The notes under the pieces are model-generated. The model saw only the letters and a program-made list of their open reading frames with translations. It ran no database searches and was not told the origin of the DNA. A program made the position numbers and the translations under genes. Source: Xanthobacteraceae bacterium (GTDB taxonomy: Bacteria > Pseudomonadota > Alphaproteobacteria > Rhizobiales > Xanthobacteraceae). Taken from it: a stretch of 64,000 nt of DNA. Shown here piece by piece: positions 43,962-53,431 of the stretch. The stretch lies in assembly GCA_036522235.1 (NCBI GenBank), contig DATDGG010000191.1:5466-69465 (forward strand), given 5' to 3'. Within the stretch, counting starts at the first letter, position 1. The number at the start of each line of letters is the position of its first letter.

Positions 43962-45782
43962 ATGACCTTGTTGCTTGCGAGCGTGAGCAGCGTCGACGAG
44001 GCTGCGCTCGTCTGCGCTTGCGGCGCCGACGTGATCGACCTGAAGGATGCTTCGAAGGGTGCATTTGGAGCGGTTGCGCCCGACGTGCTGCGCGCAACTG
44101 TCGCAGCTGTTGGCGGCAGACGGCCTGTGAGCGCGGTCGCCGGCAGTCTCTCGATGGACCCGGACGTGATTGTAGCGGCAGTCGAAAGTGCGGCTCAGGC
44201 GGAGGTCGATTACGTCAAAGTCGGATTGTTTCCCGGACCGAGACAAAAGGAATGCATCCGTGCGCTGTCCTCACCGGCGCGCAAGACGAAAATCATCGGC
44301 GTAATGTTCGCCGACGGCGGGACCGACCTGACCCTGGTGCCGGTCATGGCCGAGTCCGGCTTCGCCGGGGCGATGCTGGACACCGCCGACAAAAGCAGCG
44401 GCCGGCTGCTCGACCACATTGATATCGCAGCGCTGCGGGACTTCGTCGGGCTGTGTCGGGAGCGCCGGCTGATGGTGGGTCTCGCAGGCTCATTGGAGGC
44501 GCCCGATGTTCCACGGCTGCTCTTGCTGGAACCCGACGTGCTCGGCTTCCGCGGTGCACTTTGCGTCAGGCACGACCGAACTCTTCGGATCGATCCCGAG
44601 TCGATCAGGATCATTCGTGAACTGATACCTTTCGATCCGCGCAGTGCCGCCAGGGAAGACCCGGGCGTGATGAAGGTGGATTACCGGCTTCTGGCGGCGA
44701 GGGGATATTCAGCCGATCCAAGCAAGGATGACGCCGCGACGGACCACATTATCGTCCGCGATTTCGTGCTGCGTGCTCGCGTCGGCGCTTATGCCAGTGA
44801 GCGCGAGAAGCCGCAGAATGTTCGGTTCAATGTTGACGTCAAGGTGCGCCGCACTGGCCATTCGGTCGAAGGCATGCGAGACGTGTTCTCGTACGATGTC
44901 ATCACCGACGGCATCAGGATCATCGTCACGCACGAGCATATCGTGTTTCTCGAGACGCTCGCCGAACGCGTTGCGATGTCGGTGCTTGCTCATCCGCGGG
45001 CCGTCAGTGTGATGGTGCGTGTCGAGAAGCTCGACGTTGGGTCGGGTGGCGTCGGCGTCGAAATCGTGCGGGCACGGCCGACTGATGTCGCAAAGATCCA
45101 GCATCTTTATCCTGCCGCGGCGAGACCGACGCAAACAAAAGCCGCTGAGCCGATGCACGAGCTGATTGGTCTGACAGTGGTCAAGCTCGGCGGAAGCCAC
45201 GCCTTCTCGGCGCATCTGAAGGACTGGATCGACGCGATCGCTCGTTGCGCAGGTCGCGTCGTTGTAGCGCCCGGCGGCGGCCCCTTTGCCGATGCAGTGC
45301 GGGAAGTGCAGCGGAAAATGGGACTTGATGATCGTGCGGCACACCACATGGCGCTGCTCGCCATGGATCAATATTGCTGCGCGCTCGCGAGTCTCGGACG
45401 GAGGCTCACTAAGGCGGCGTCTGCAACCGCCATCCGTCGCGTGCTGCTCGATGGCGGGGTGCCGGTCTGGTCGGCATCCAGAATGGTGCTGGGTGCAAAG
45501 GATATTCCATGGTCTTGGGACGTGACGAGTGACAGCCTTGCAGCTTGGCTCGCTGGCAGGATCGGCGCCAAACGCGTGCTGCTGGTCAAGCATGTGGAGC
45601 CGTCGGCTGCACTTGTCCACGCGAAGGATCTTGTCGCGCAAGGTATCGTTGATCCCGCGTTCCCGCGCTTCCTTGGCGAAAGCGGCGCCGAAGCCTTCAT
45701 TGCCGGAACGGCCGAGCATGCGGCGGCGGCCGTTGCCATGAGCAATGGCGGGATGGTTGGCGCTCGGATCGACTTGCGTTAA
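43962..45782 (+). CDS. Three-domain fusion: MfnB-like (5-formylfuran-3-yl)methyl phosphate synthase + dihydroneopterin aldolase (FolB) + amino-acid-kinase-family domain
   Basis: One uninterrupted frame. MTLLLASVSSVDEAAL..ADVIDLKDASKGAFGA (DUF556/MfnB). DHIIVRDFVLRARVGAYASEREKPQNVRFNVDV (FolB). LTVVKLGGSHAF...VVAPGGGPFAD (AA-kinase fold). Confidence 0.85.
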   Translation: MTLLLASVSSVDEAALVCACGADVIDLKDASKGAFGAVAPDVLRATVAAVGGRRPVSAVAGSLSMDPDVIVAAVESAAQAEVDYVKVGLFPGPRQKECIRALSSPARKTKIIGVMFADGGTDLTLVPVMAESGFAGAMLDTADKSSGRLLDHIDIAALRDFVGLCRERRLMVGLAGSLEAPDVPRLLLLEPDVLGFRGALCVRHDRTLRIDPESIRIIRELIPFDPRSAAREDPGVMKVDYRLLAARGYSADPSKDDAATDHIIVRDFVLRARVGAYASEREKPQNVRFNVDVKVRRTGHSVEGMRDVFSYDVITDGIRIIVTHEHIVFLETLAERVAMSVLAHPRAVSVMVRVEKLDVGSGGVGVEIVRARPTDVAKIQHLYPAAARPTQTKAAEPMHELIGLTVVKLGGSHAFSAHLKDWIDAIARCAGRVVVAPGGGPFADAVREVQRKMGLDDRAAHHMALLAMDQYCCALASLGRRLTKAASATAIRRVLLDGGVPVWSASRMVLGAKDIPWSWDVTSDSLAAWLAGRIGAKRVLLVKHVEPSAALVHAKDLVAQGIVDPAFPRFLGESGAEAFIAGTAEHAAAAVAMSNGGMVGARIDLR

Positions 45783-45807
45783 CCGCGTGCGAGTGCGTTA
45801 GGTCACC

Positions 45808-46359
45808 ATGGTCAAAGTCAAGACGCCGCGCTGGGGCTGGGCGCTCACCGGATCCGGGCATTTCTTCAAGGAATGCCTGGCCATGATTGGTCAACTCGAA
45901 GACACTGATCTGTTTGTCAGCAGAGCGGCTGCGGAGGTCGTCCGCATGTACAAGCAGGACCTTGTCTTGCCCAAATCGGCGCGCGTCTTCCGCGACACGA
46001 CCGCGAGCTCCCCGCCGGTGGGAAACTTCTACTACGGGGTTTATCACACGCTCGTTCTTGCGCCGGCGACGTCGAATACGGTGGCCAAATGCGTCTACGG
46101 CATTTCCGATAGTCTTGCGACCAATATGTTCGCGCAGGCAGGCAAGTGCCGCGTTCCCGCGATCGTTTTCGCTTGCGATACCGCGCCGGAGCTCGAAACC
46201 GAGGCGCCGAAAGGCACCGTCATGGTCTATCCGCGGCGCATCGATCTCGAGAATACCGAGCGACTGAAATCCTTCGATGAAACGGACGTCGTCGAATCCC
46301 TGACGGAACTCGAGCAGGCTTTGGCGCGCCGCAAGCGCGAGCTCGCAGTGCATGGTTGA
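45808..46359 (+). CDS. Archaeoflavoprotein AfpA-like flavoprotein (DmrB-type dihydromethanopterin reductase candidate)
   Basis: WALTGSGHFFKEC... and LAPATSNTVAKCVYGISDSLATNMF flavoprotein motifs. Cluster context. Confidence 0.75.
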   Translation: MVKVKTPRWGWALTGSGHFFKECLAMIGQLEDTDLFVSRAAAEVVRMYKQDLVLPKSARVFRDTTASSPPVGNFYYGVYHTLVLAPATSNTVAKCVYGISDSLATNMFAQAGKCRVPAIVFACDTAPELETEAPKGTVMVYPRRIDLENTERLKSFDETDVVESLTELEQALARRKRELAVHG

Positions 46360-47749
46360 GCGCATCCTCTTTCTCACCGGTCATCTCGCACGACCGCGGT
46401 TGGAGAAGGTTCTTGCAAGCCTTCACGACACGGAGTTCGAATGGTCGGTCCTTGATGTCGGCGTCAATGTTGCCGCCCTCATGACCGAGGCGATTGTCTC
46501 GCGCCGGCTGCCGCGCCCGATGAATGCCGGCCGTATCATGGTTCCAGGTCGCTGCCGCGCCGATCTCGATCGATTAACTGCCGAATTCGGCATCCGATTT
46601 GAGCGCGGCCCCGATGAGTTGAAGGACTTGCCGGCCTACTTCGGAAAGCGTGGCCGCGGCTTGGATCTTTCGCGTCAGGACATGCGCATCTTCGCCGAGA
46701 TCGTCGATGCTTCGGCACTGAGCGTCGATGCGATCCTTGCCCGCGCCGCAGCCATGCGCGAGGCGGGCGCCGACGTCATCGATCTCGGATGTCTGCCGGA
46801 TACCCCGTTCCCACATCTCGAAGACGCTGTGCGCGAGCTGAAAGCCGTCGGTCTTGGTGTCAGCGTCGACTCGGCCGCAACCGACGAACTACGCCGCGGG
46901 GGCAGGGCAGGGGCCGCCTTCCTGCTGAGTCTCACCGAAAATACACTCGACATCGCGAGCGAGACGGGCGCAACCCCGGTGCTCATTCCGGCAAGCCACG
47001 GCGATGTATCGTCGCTGCTGCGCGCGGCTGAGGCCGCGGACAGGCGGGGCATCTGCTCGATCCTTGATCCGGTTCTTGATCCTATCCATTTCGGCTTGAT
47101 CGCCTCGCTGGAACGCTACGCGCATGTCCGCCACAGGCTGCCGGACGCGGACATTCTCATGGGAACCGGCAATCTGACGGAACTCACCGACGCCGATTCC
47201 GGAGGCATAACCGCGACGCTCCTGGGCATCTGTTCGGAGCTTCATATCCGTAACGTTCTCGTCGTTCAAGTAAGCCCGCACACGCGCCGCACGATCCAGG
47301 AGCACGATGCGGCACGACGCATGATGTTTGTCGCTCGCGAAGACAGCAGTCTTCCAAAGGACTACGGTGGCGCGCTGGTGCAGCTGCACGATCGGATGCC
47401 GTTTCCAAATACGCCGCAGGAGATTGCCGAGCTCGCTACACAAGTCAAAGATGCCAATTTCCGCATCGAGATAGCCGATGATGGAATCCACGTTTATAGC
47501 CGCAACGGTTATCACCTTGCGCAGGATGCGCTCTCGCTTTTCTCCAGGCTTGGAATCGGTGACGACGCGGCCCATGCCTTCTATCTCGGGACCGAACTGA
47601 TGAAGGCGGAGATCGCGTGGCGACTTGGTAAGCGCTACGTTCAGGATGAGCCGCTCGATTGGGGTTGCGCTGTCGACCGGTTGGCCGAAGACCTGACGCG
47701 TCTGCGTGAGGCAGGACCCACGTTGCGCGGTCGGGCGTCCGAGGGCTGA
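46352..47749 (+). CDS. Dihydropteroate synthase-related (pterin-binding) protein of H4MPT biosynthesis
   Basis: 465 aa. N-terminal extra domain plus a pterin-binding barrel (ADVIDLGCLPDTPFPHLEDAV...SVDSAATDEL). Overlaps the previous gene by 8 nt. Confidence 0.8.
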   Translation: MVERILFLTGHLARPRLEKVLASLHDTEFEWSVLDVGVNVAALMTEAIVSRRLPRPMNAGRIMVPGRCRADLDRLTAEFGIRFERGPDELKDLPAYFGKRGRGLDLSRQDMRIFAEIVDASALSVDAILARAAAMREAGADVIDLGCLPDTPFPHLEDAVRELKAVGLGVSVDSAATDELRRGGRAGAAFLLSLTENTLDIASETGATPVLIPASHGDVSSLLRAAEAADRRGICSILDPVLDPIHFGLIASLERYAHVRHRLPDADILMGTGNLTELTDADSGGITATLLGICSELHIRNVLVVQVSPHTRRTIQEHDAARRMMFVAREDSSLPKDYGGALVQLHDRMPFPNTPQEIAELATQVKDANFRIEIADDGIHVYSRNGYHLAQDALSLFSRLGIGDDAAHAFYLGTELMKAEIAWRLGKRYVQDEPLDWGCAVDRLAEDLTRLREAGPTLRGRASEG

Positions 47750-47753
47750 ATCC

Positions 47754-48332
47754 ATGCCAATGATTCGCGAAACAATCTTGACGACGATCAACGGCGACGG
47801 CCGCGTACATATTGCACCGATCGGCATCATCGCAGATGGTGAGGGATGGATCATCGCGCCGTTCCGGCCATCGACGACGCTCGACAATTTGCGCACTGTA
47901 CCGTTTGCTGTCGCGAACTATTCCGATGACGTTCGCATCTTCGCAGGCTGCCTGACTGGACGTCTCGACTGGCCGACAACGATAGCTGACGAAGTGCCGG
48001 TGCCACGCCTTGCCCATGCGCTCGCCCATGCTGAGCTCGCCGTAACTCGTGTGACGGAGGACGAGCAAAGGCCGCGTTTCCATTGCCGTGTGGTGCGTCT
48101 TCTGTCGCACGCGCCGTTCGAAGGATTCAACCGCGCTAAAGCTGCCGTTGTCGAAGCCGCAATACTCGTCAGCCGGTTGAATCTCCTCCCGAGAGAGAAG
48201 ATCGAGAAGGAGATTGCCTATCTTGAAATTGCTGTGCACAAGACCGCCGGAGTGGCCGAAGGACAGGCATGGAACTGGCTGATCGAGAAGGTCCGCGCCC
48301 ACTACGCGGACGCAGACAAGAGGTGTTCCTAG
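47754..48332 (+). CDS. DUF447-family (FMN-binding split-barrel-like) H4MPT cluster protein
   Basis: MPMIRETILTTINGDGRVHIAPIGII... Start lies 5 nt after the previous stop. Confidence 0.75.
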   Translation: MPMIRETILTTINGDGRVHIAPIGIIADGEGWIIAPFRPSTTLDNLRTVPFAVANYSDDVRIFAGCLTGRLDWPTTIADEVPVPRLAHALAHAELAVTRVTEDEQRPRFHCRVVRLLSHAPFEGFNRAKAAVVEAAILVSRLNLLPREKIEKEIAYLEIAVHKTAGVAEGQAWNWLIEKVRAHYADADKRCS

Positions 48333-48719
48333 TGCATCGATTCCTTGAGACGACAGGGGGCAGCTTTTGGGCATTTAAATCAGGAAAAAGCTGGAGTTCC
48401 GTGCGGCGCATGGGAGTCGAATTCTGAAAACGCTCAACTTGTCATTGACCTGACCCGCCCTGTCTGACTGGTTTCGTTTGATGGCTAGTGGCCTCGCGCA
48501 ATCCGGCACGGATTCCAATTTTCTGGGGAATTCGTGTCTTACCCAGATACAGTTCTGCCGAACGTCTGTAAAAGCCCCGAAGGGTGCTACGCCCCCTCGG
48601 AACTGGTCCGGTTTTTGCCTGAAAACCGCGCCTGAAGGTGGCATTGGCCGGTGCGAGCATGCCAGTGGCCGCAAAGACTGGGAGAACGCGCCCATTCCGC
48701 GTTCGTTGGAGAGACCTTG

Positions 48720-48986
48720 ATGCTGACAGCCCTGATTCTGATTTGTTCAACTGCGATTACACCCGATCTTGTGGCCTGCGACCGTACAAATGCGGTGGAT
48801 GTGATGTGGGTTCCCGTCGAGTCCGCAAGCCCGGTCACCTGCTTCATGCATGGGCAGGCCTACCTGGCCGAGACGACGCTCGGACGCGACCTCGCCGGCA
48901 ATGAGCGCGTCAAAGTGGTATGCGTGCGGAGCCAGACCGCAACTGCTATAGGCACCACCTCAAGGCAGCCGGCAACAATCCCCTAG
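48720..48986 (+). CDS. Small hypothetical Cys-containing protein (88 aa)
   Basis: MLTALILICSTAITPDLVACDRT...VTCFMHGQAYLAE...VKVVCVR. Isolated in an AT-richer gap. No family assigned. Confidence 0.4.
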   Translation: MLTALILICSTAITPDLVACDRTNAVDVMWVPVESASPVTCFMHGQAYLAETTLGRDLAGNERVKVVCVRSQTATAIGTTSRQPATIP

Positions 48987-49140
48987 ATGAAGGGTTGTGG
49001 ATGGACGAAGCGCTTTGAGACGGTCACGCGCCGGGACCATTTGCGAACCTCTGTTACGGGCCCACGGTGTGGGGACTAGCTTCCACCCACTACCGGGACG
49101 GCGGTAGGCCCTGACAAGAAAACATTTTCCGGACGACCTC

Positions 49141-49177
49141 AAAACGACCCCGGACTAAAATCTCCGTCTAGTCCGGG
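49141..49177 (-). terminator. Terminator downstream of the DUF2218 gene
   Basis: Minus strand: CCCGGACTA-gacggagattt-TAGTCCGGG followed by GTCGTTTTG. Confidence 0.6.
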
Positions 49178-49224
49178 TCTTCGCCGTCCAATCGCGACAA
49201 CGAAAGCCGCATCGGTACGCGACG

Positions 49225-49563
49225 CTATCCATTCTGCCACGCGAACCGCAGCGGCGCTTCGCGGAACGCGAAGCGATCAAGGTGCCGCTCAACCGTGCTT
49301 TTGAGGGAGTCGAGCTGCGCCTGGGCGCTGGCCTCTAGCCGGCACTCGAGATCGTTCTCTCGCGCACACATCACGAGCTTGGCGTCGCCCGGCCAATTCG
49401 CACCGCGTCCGTCGCGCGGGAACGTCACCATGCCTTCGTGCGGCGTAAAATCGACAGCGAGGGTGTGGCTCCAGTGCTTACACAGCTGCTGGAGATAGCG
49501 GCTGCCGTTGGTGGTCGGCACGCGAGAGGTGCTCTGGAATGTCATGCTATGTTCCTTGCTCAC
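49225..49563 (-). CDS. DUF2218 domain protein
   Basis: YLQQLCKHWSHTLAVDFTPHEGMVTF matches the DUF2218 signature. Confidence 0.8.
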   Translation of the reverse strand: MSKEHSMTFQSTSRVPTTNGSRYLQQLCKHWSHTLAVDFTPHEGMVTFPRDGRGANWPGDAKLVMCARENDLECRLEASAQAQLDSLKSTVERHLDRFAFREAPLRFAWQNG

Positions 49564-49730
49564 TTCGCTGCAGGCCCGGCTCGCATTTCCCGCGTGACCT
49601 GCGCGACGCTTGCGCCCGCATTCCGTTTCGCGTGCGCCGACAGTCGGACGGATTGGCAGCAGAAGCGTGACTTTTGCCGCCGTTTTTTCAACGCCGCGTC
49701 GAATCCCGGGCTCGCTTCGGATTGCGGGTC

Positions 49731-50471
49731 CTACTTCCCGTCATAGAGTGGCGACTTCGGCCAGTATGCTCGGCTGTAATTCAGCTTCAGATGGACGAGC
49801 ATATGAGCGAGCCTGATCGGCGCCCCGATTCCCTCTACGACAGGAACTCCAAGTTCCTTCATGAGGAAGTCCGGCTTGATGTGCACTGGGCATTGCGTGA
49901 TCCCCATGGGAAGAATCACATCGGCGCCGAGCTTGACCAACTCGCGAGCGCTGTCGACAAATTTGCTCACCACGCGGTCACGATTTGCGATGATGTCGGG
50001 CAGCTCGAAGCCGCACGTGCGCCATCCGATCACCTTCGGCATCATGTTGAATCGTTCGACCATGCGATAACCAAGCGGCAATACGAAGTCATGATACATC
50101 AGGATGCCGAAACGCCGTCCCAACATCGATGCGATATGCAACATGGATTCGCTCGGGCCCACGACCGGAATATCGACTGCGGAACGCCCAGCGTCGACCC
50201 CCAGATCGAGCGTGCCCAGCGGGACAACGGCGTCGTATCCCTGCTTTTCGGCATCCCGGAAGGCTTCAATAAATGGAGGAACCGCTATTCCCAGAAGATC
50301 CGGCGCATTGCCCAAGAAATAAGGAGTGGCCTTGACGCGGACGATTCCGACTTCGACCTCGGGCGAAGAATAGGATAGCGCAGTGTCGCTCCGCCGCTCC
50401 AGCTCCTCGGGCGGGTAATCGCCGATCACGAATGCGACACGGGTTGGACGCGATGTCTGACTCTCAGTCAT
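49731..50471 (-). CDS. Asp/Glu/hydantoin racemase family protein
   Basis: 246 aa. Two-lobe racemase pattern (VAFVIGDY..., DAVVPLGTLDLG, ADVILPMGITQCP). Confidence 0.8.
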   Translation of the reverse strand: MTESQTSRPTRVAFVIGDYPPEELERRSDTALSYSSPEVEVGIVRVKATPYFLGNAPDLLGIAVPPFIEAFRDAEKQGYDAVVPLGTLDLGVDAGRSAVDIPVVGPSESMLHIASMLGRRFGILMYHDFVLPLGYRMVERFNMMPKVIGWRTCGFELPDIIANRDRVVSKFVDSARELVKLGADVILPMGITQCPVHIKPDFLMKELGVPVVEGIGAPIRLAHMLVHLKLNYSRAYWPKSPLYDGK

Positions 50472-50558
50472 GTTTCACTCCTTGAGTAGATGAGAAGAGT
50501 TAAATCCAAGAAGACCACGGGCGATCTGGGCAACGCTCAGACATCGCCGGTAGGCCGA

Positions 50559-50978
50559 TCATTGTTCACGTGCCGGAGCCGCGGCGGCGAGGGCGGCGGC
50601 GCCTGCTTCGGCGACCTTTTCATCGTCTTCCGCAATGCCGGAAACGGCGATGCCGCCGACACACTCGGCGCCGTGAAAGAGCGGCACGCCTCCAGACATG
50701 GGAAGCCCATGCGGAAACATGAGCCAACCTGGTCTGTCCTTCACGCGCTCTTCGAGGTTTGAGCTCGGCCGCTCGCGGAACGCAGCAGTACGTGCCTTCA
50801 TTGTCGCGACTTCGACGCTGTTCGGCGATTGGCCGTCAGGACGCTCGAGGTAGATGAGGTGGCCGCCGGCATCGACAATGGCGATCGTGCCGTCCCGACC
50901 GAGCTCGCCAGATGCTCGATTGCACGCCAGCGCCATCACCTTTGCGTCTTCTAAAGTCAAAGTTGGCTTCAATCGCAT
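50559..50978 (-). CDS. GlcG/HbpS-like (DUF336) heme-binding protein
   Basis: IAIVDAGGHLIYLER...ATMKARTAA...GGVPL...GGIAVSG pattern. Confidence 0.85.
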   Translation of the reverse strand: MRLKPTLTLEDAKVMALACNRASGELGRDGTIAIVDAGGHLIYLERPDGQSPNSVEVATMKARTAAFRERPSSNLEERVKDRPGWLMFPHGLPMSGGVPLFHGAECVGGIAVSGIAEDDEKVAEAGAAALAAAAPAREQ

Positions 50979-51042
50979 TTTACGGTCTCCAGTATCTTAG
51001 TTAGCATCCTAATTACAGGGAGGCAAAGAAATTCGCTTGCGA

Positions 51043-51768
51043 TCAGTGTGGCTGGCCTTGCGCTTTCAGCATCCGCTGTCGGTAATTCTCCCAGGGGCGA
51101 TCGGCATCGAAGTTCTCCCTCGCGTTGGTCGTGAGCTCGGCATCGTCCAGAGCCACAAGATTGGCGCCCATGGATATGGCTGCAGCCTGCGCCCGCGCGT
51201 CGATGTTGGTGTAGAGGGTGCGAACCGTCGCTTCTTTCATGGAGCGCCCGACAACCGTCTCGCCATGCCCCCGCATCAGCACGACCGGATTGTTCGCAAG
51301 CTTCGCGGCCAATGCTTTTCCCAGCGCCGAATTGAGCACCAGCATTCCGCGTTCGGTGGCCGAGCCATACGCCTCACGAACTTCGAACAGCGGAGTCTCT
51401 TTGGGCAAGAAGCCCGCCTGAGCGATCACCGGCCGCAGCGGCGTGCCGGTCAGGCCGAAGGGAATCACCGCCAGGTCGTGCGTATGGATGACGGATTGGA
51501 CATCCGCGCGCGCCTTATAGACCTCGCAGTGGATGTAGCGTTCGCCATTGAGCCGCGGCGCGTTCGGCATCACCGGCTTACAATCGAGGTCCAGCTCGAC
51601 AATATCGGCCCGCGACACAAGCGCGGGCGGCATGGCCCTCGGCATGAAGAAATGGCCAGGGTCGGTTGCGGACCGCACGGTCACGTGCCCGAAACTGTCG
51701 AGTATGCCCTCACTGGCGAGAATGTGACTGGCGGTGATGAGATCCTCAATTCTCGTGTCGTTCGAATC
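51043..51768 (-). repeat. Inverted duplication, arm 1 (mature part of the aldolase gene)
   Basis: The reverse complement aligns base-for-base with 61716-62438. By eye about 9 of 10 positions match over several hundred nt. Confidence 0.85.
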
Positions 51769-51864
51769 GATGCCTTGCGGCGTTTGCGATCTGGCCTGCG
51801 GCGTAATCGCCATGACCGACATCATGGCGATTGCGAGCTTAAGAGTGATTGAAGGCTTTGCCAT
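51043..51864 (-). CDS. Class II aldolase/adducin-domain protein with N-terminal signal-like segment (copy 1)
   Basis: GGGAGGAAGAGAAG-ATG start. MAKPSITLKLAIAMMSVMAITPQA. ILDSFGHVTVRS, VIHTHD and MRGHG metal-site motifs. Confidence 0.88.
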   Translation of the reverse strand: MAKPSITLKLAIAMMSVMAITPQARSQTPQGIDSNDTRIEDLITASHILASEGILDSFGHVTVRSATDPGHFFMPRAMPPALVSRADIVELDLDCKPVMPNAPRLNGERYIHCEVYKARADVQSVIHTHDLAVIPFGLTGTPLRPVIAQAGFLPKETPLFEVREAYGSATERGMLVLNSALGKALAAKLANNPVVLMRGHGETVVGRSMKEATVRTLYTNIDARAQAAAISMGANLVALDDAELTTNARENFDADRPWENYRQRMLKAQGQPH

Positions 51865-51886
51865 CTTCTCTTCCTCCCTGCGTGCC

Positions 51887-53431
51887 TTAGGAATTTGACT
51901 GACTCGTCTCCTTGGGGACGGTATTTTTGCCTTCGGGCTTCTGCGCGGGCGACATGCTTTTATAAAGCGTCCAGACCAAAATAATGCCTGCTGCGGCAAG
52001 GATCGCGGCGCTTACCGGATGCTGGATGAAAATCGTTGGATCACCTCGCGACACGATGAGGGAGCGTCGCAGATGCTGCTCCATGGCGGGGCCGAGAACG
52101 AGGCCTATGAGCAATGGCGCGGGCGAAAATTGCAGAAGCCGCATCAAATACCCGACGCCTCCGAAAACAAGCATCATCAGAACATCGGTGGTTGATTGCC
52201 GAATGCTGTAGACGCCGATGCACATGAAGACGAGAACGGCTGGGAATAGCAGCTGGAACGGAATTGTTAGAAGCCGGACCCACAAACCGATGAACGGGAC
52301 GTGCCAGATGACGAGTATGATATTCCCAATGATGAAACTTACCAGCAGGCCCCAGAACAGATCCGGGTGAGAAGTGATGAAATCCGGGCCCACCGAAATG
52401 CCCTTCACCGTCAGGGCTGCCAGCATGACGGCCATGATCGGGTCGGCTGGAATGCCGAGCGTGAGGGTCGGAACAAATCCGGTCTGACAGGCAGCATTGG
52501 CTGCAGCTTCCGGTGCAACGACACCTTCGATCGCACCATGACCGAAACGCCCAGGCTCTCTCGCGACTTGCTTTTCGATTGCATAACCCATGATCGACGC
52601 AAGTACTGGCCCGGCCCCCGGCAGCAAGCCGAGCCCCGCGCCCACACTGGTGCCGCGTAAAATCGCGCGCCACGACAGGGCGAATTCGTCGCGCGAAGGC
52701 AGCAACGAACGCCAAGTGATGCTCGAAGGGCGAACCACCGGCGCAGTGAGGTTGCCGGCGTTGACTATGATCTCGCTGATGCCGAATAGCCCCATTGCGA
52801 TGACGCCAATTCCGATCCCATCGAGCAAGGTCGTGAGCCCAAAGGTGAAACGCGCAACCCCGGAAGTAACATCGATCCCCACCAAACCAATCAACATGCC
52901 AAGGATGACGGAGATGAAAGACTTGATTGGCGACCCGCGCGCCAGCACAGCTGCACCCGTCATGCCGAGCACGACGAGTGCGAAATACTCCGGAGATTGG
53001 AACGTCAGCGCGACTGAAGCGAGAGGGGGCGCGAACAGCGCCAGCACCACAATTCCCACGAAACTGCCGCACAGCGAGGCCATGGTCGTCATGAAAAGGG
53101 CGACGCCGGCACGACCCTTCTGAGCCATCGGGTATCCGTCGAGGCATTCGATCGCCGATACCGTGTGTGGAATGTTCAGGAGAATGGCGCCGGTGACCGC
53201 GCCATAAACAGCGCCGTAGTATAGGCCGGCGAGCATGATCAGACCGGTTGCCGGCGGCACATGATAGGTCACCGGAAGCAGAATTGAGACTGCGGCGACG
53301 GAACCCACGCCGGGCAGCACGCCGAGTAGATTGCCGAGCGTGACGCCAAGAAAGCAATAGAACAGATTCTGCCAGCTGCCGGCTTCCTGCCAACCTAGTA
53401 GAAGATGGTCGAGCAGTTCCATGATCACCAC
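51887..53431 (-). CDS. tctA: Tripartite tricarboxylate transporter large permease TctA
   Basis: 514 aa, about 12 TM segments, TctA-like throughout. Confidence 0.93.
   Translation of the reverse strand: MVIMELLDHLLLGWQEAGSWQNLFYCFLGVTLGNLLGVLPGVGSVAAVSILLPVTYHVPPATGLIMLAGLYYGAVYGAVTGAILLNIPHTVSAIECLDGYPMAQKGRAGVALFMTTMASLCGSFVGIVVLALFAPPLASVALTFQSPEYFALVVLGMTGAAVLARGSPIKSFISVILGMLIGLVGIDVTSGVARFTFGLTTLLDGIGIGVIAMGLFGISEIIVNAGNLTAPVVRPSSITWRSLLPSRDEFALSWRAILRGTSVGAGLGLLPGAGPVLASIMGYAIEKQVAREPGRFGHGAIEGVVAPEAAANAACQTGFVPTLTLGIPADPIMAVMLAALTVKGISVGPDFITSHPDLFWGLLVSFIIGNIILVIWHVPFIGLWVRLLTIPFQLLFPAVLVFMCIGVYSIRQSTTDVLMMLVFGGVGYLMRLLQFSPAPLLIGLVLGPAMEQHLRRSLIVSRGDPTIFIQHPVSAAILAAAGIILVWTLYKSMSPAQKPEGKNTVPKETSQSNS

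Noticed and set aside
12943-49177. Similar hairpins CCCAGACTA..TAGTCTGGGG-GTTTT (12943-12991, + strand) and CCCGGACTA..TAGTCCGGGG-GTTTT (49141-49177, - strand), considered as possible att-like island borders.
   Set aside because: They are inverted relative to each other. Each sits exactly where a terminator is expected (after the tRNA, and after the DUF2218 gene). Neither repeats the tRNA 3' end, and no integrase is present.
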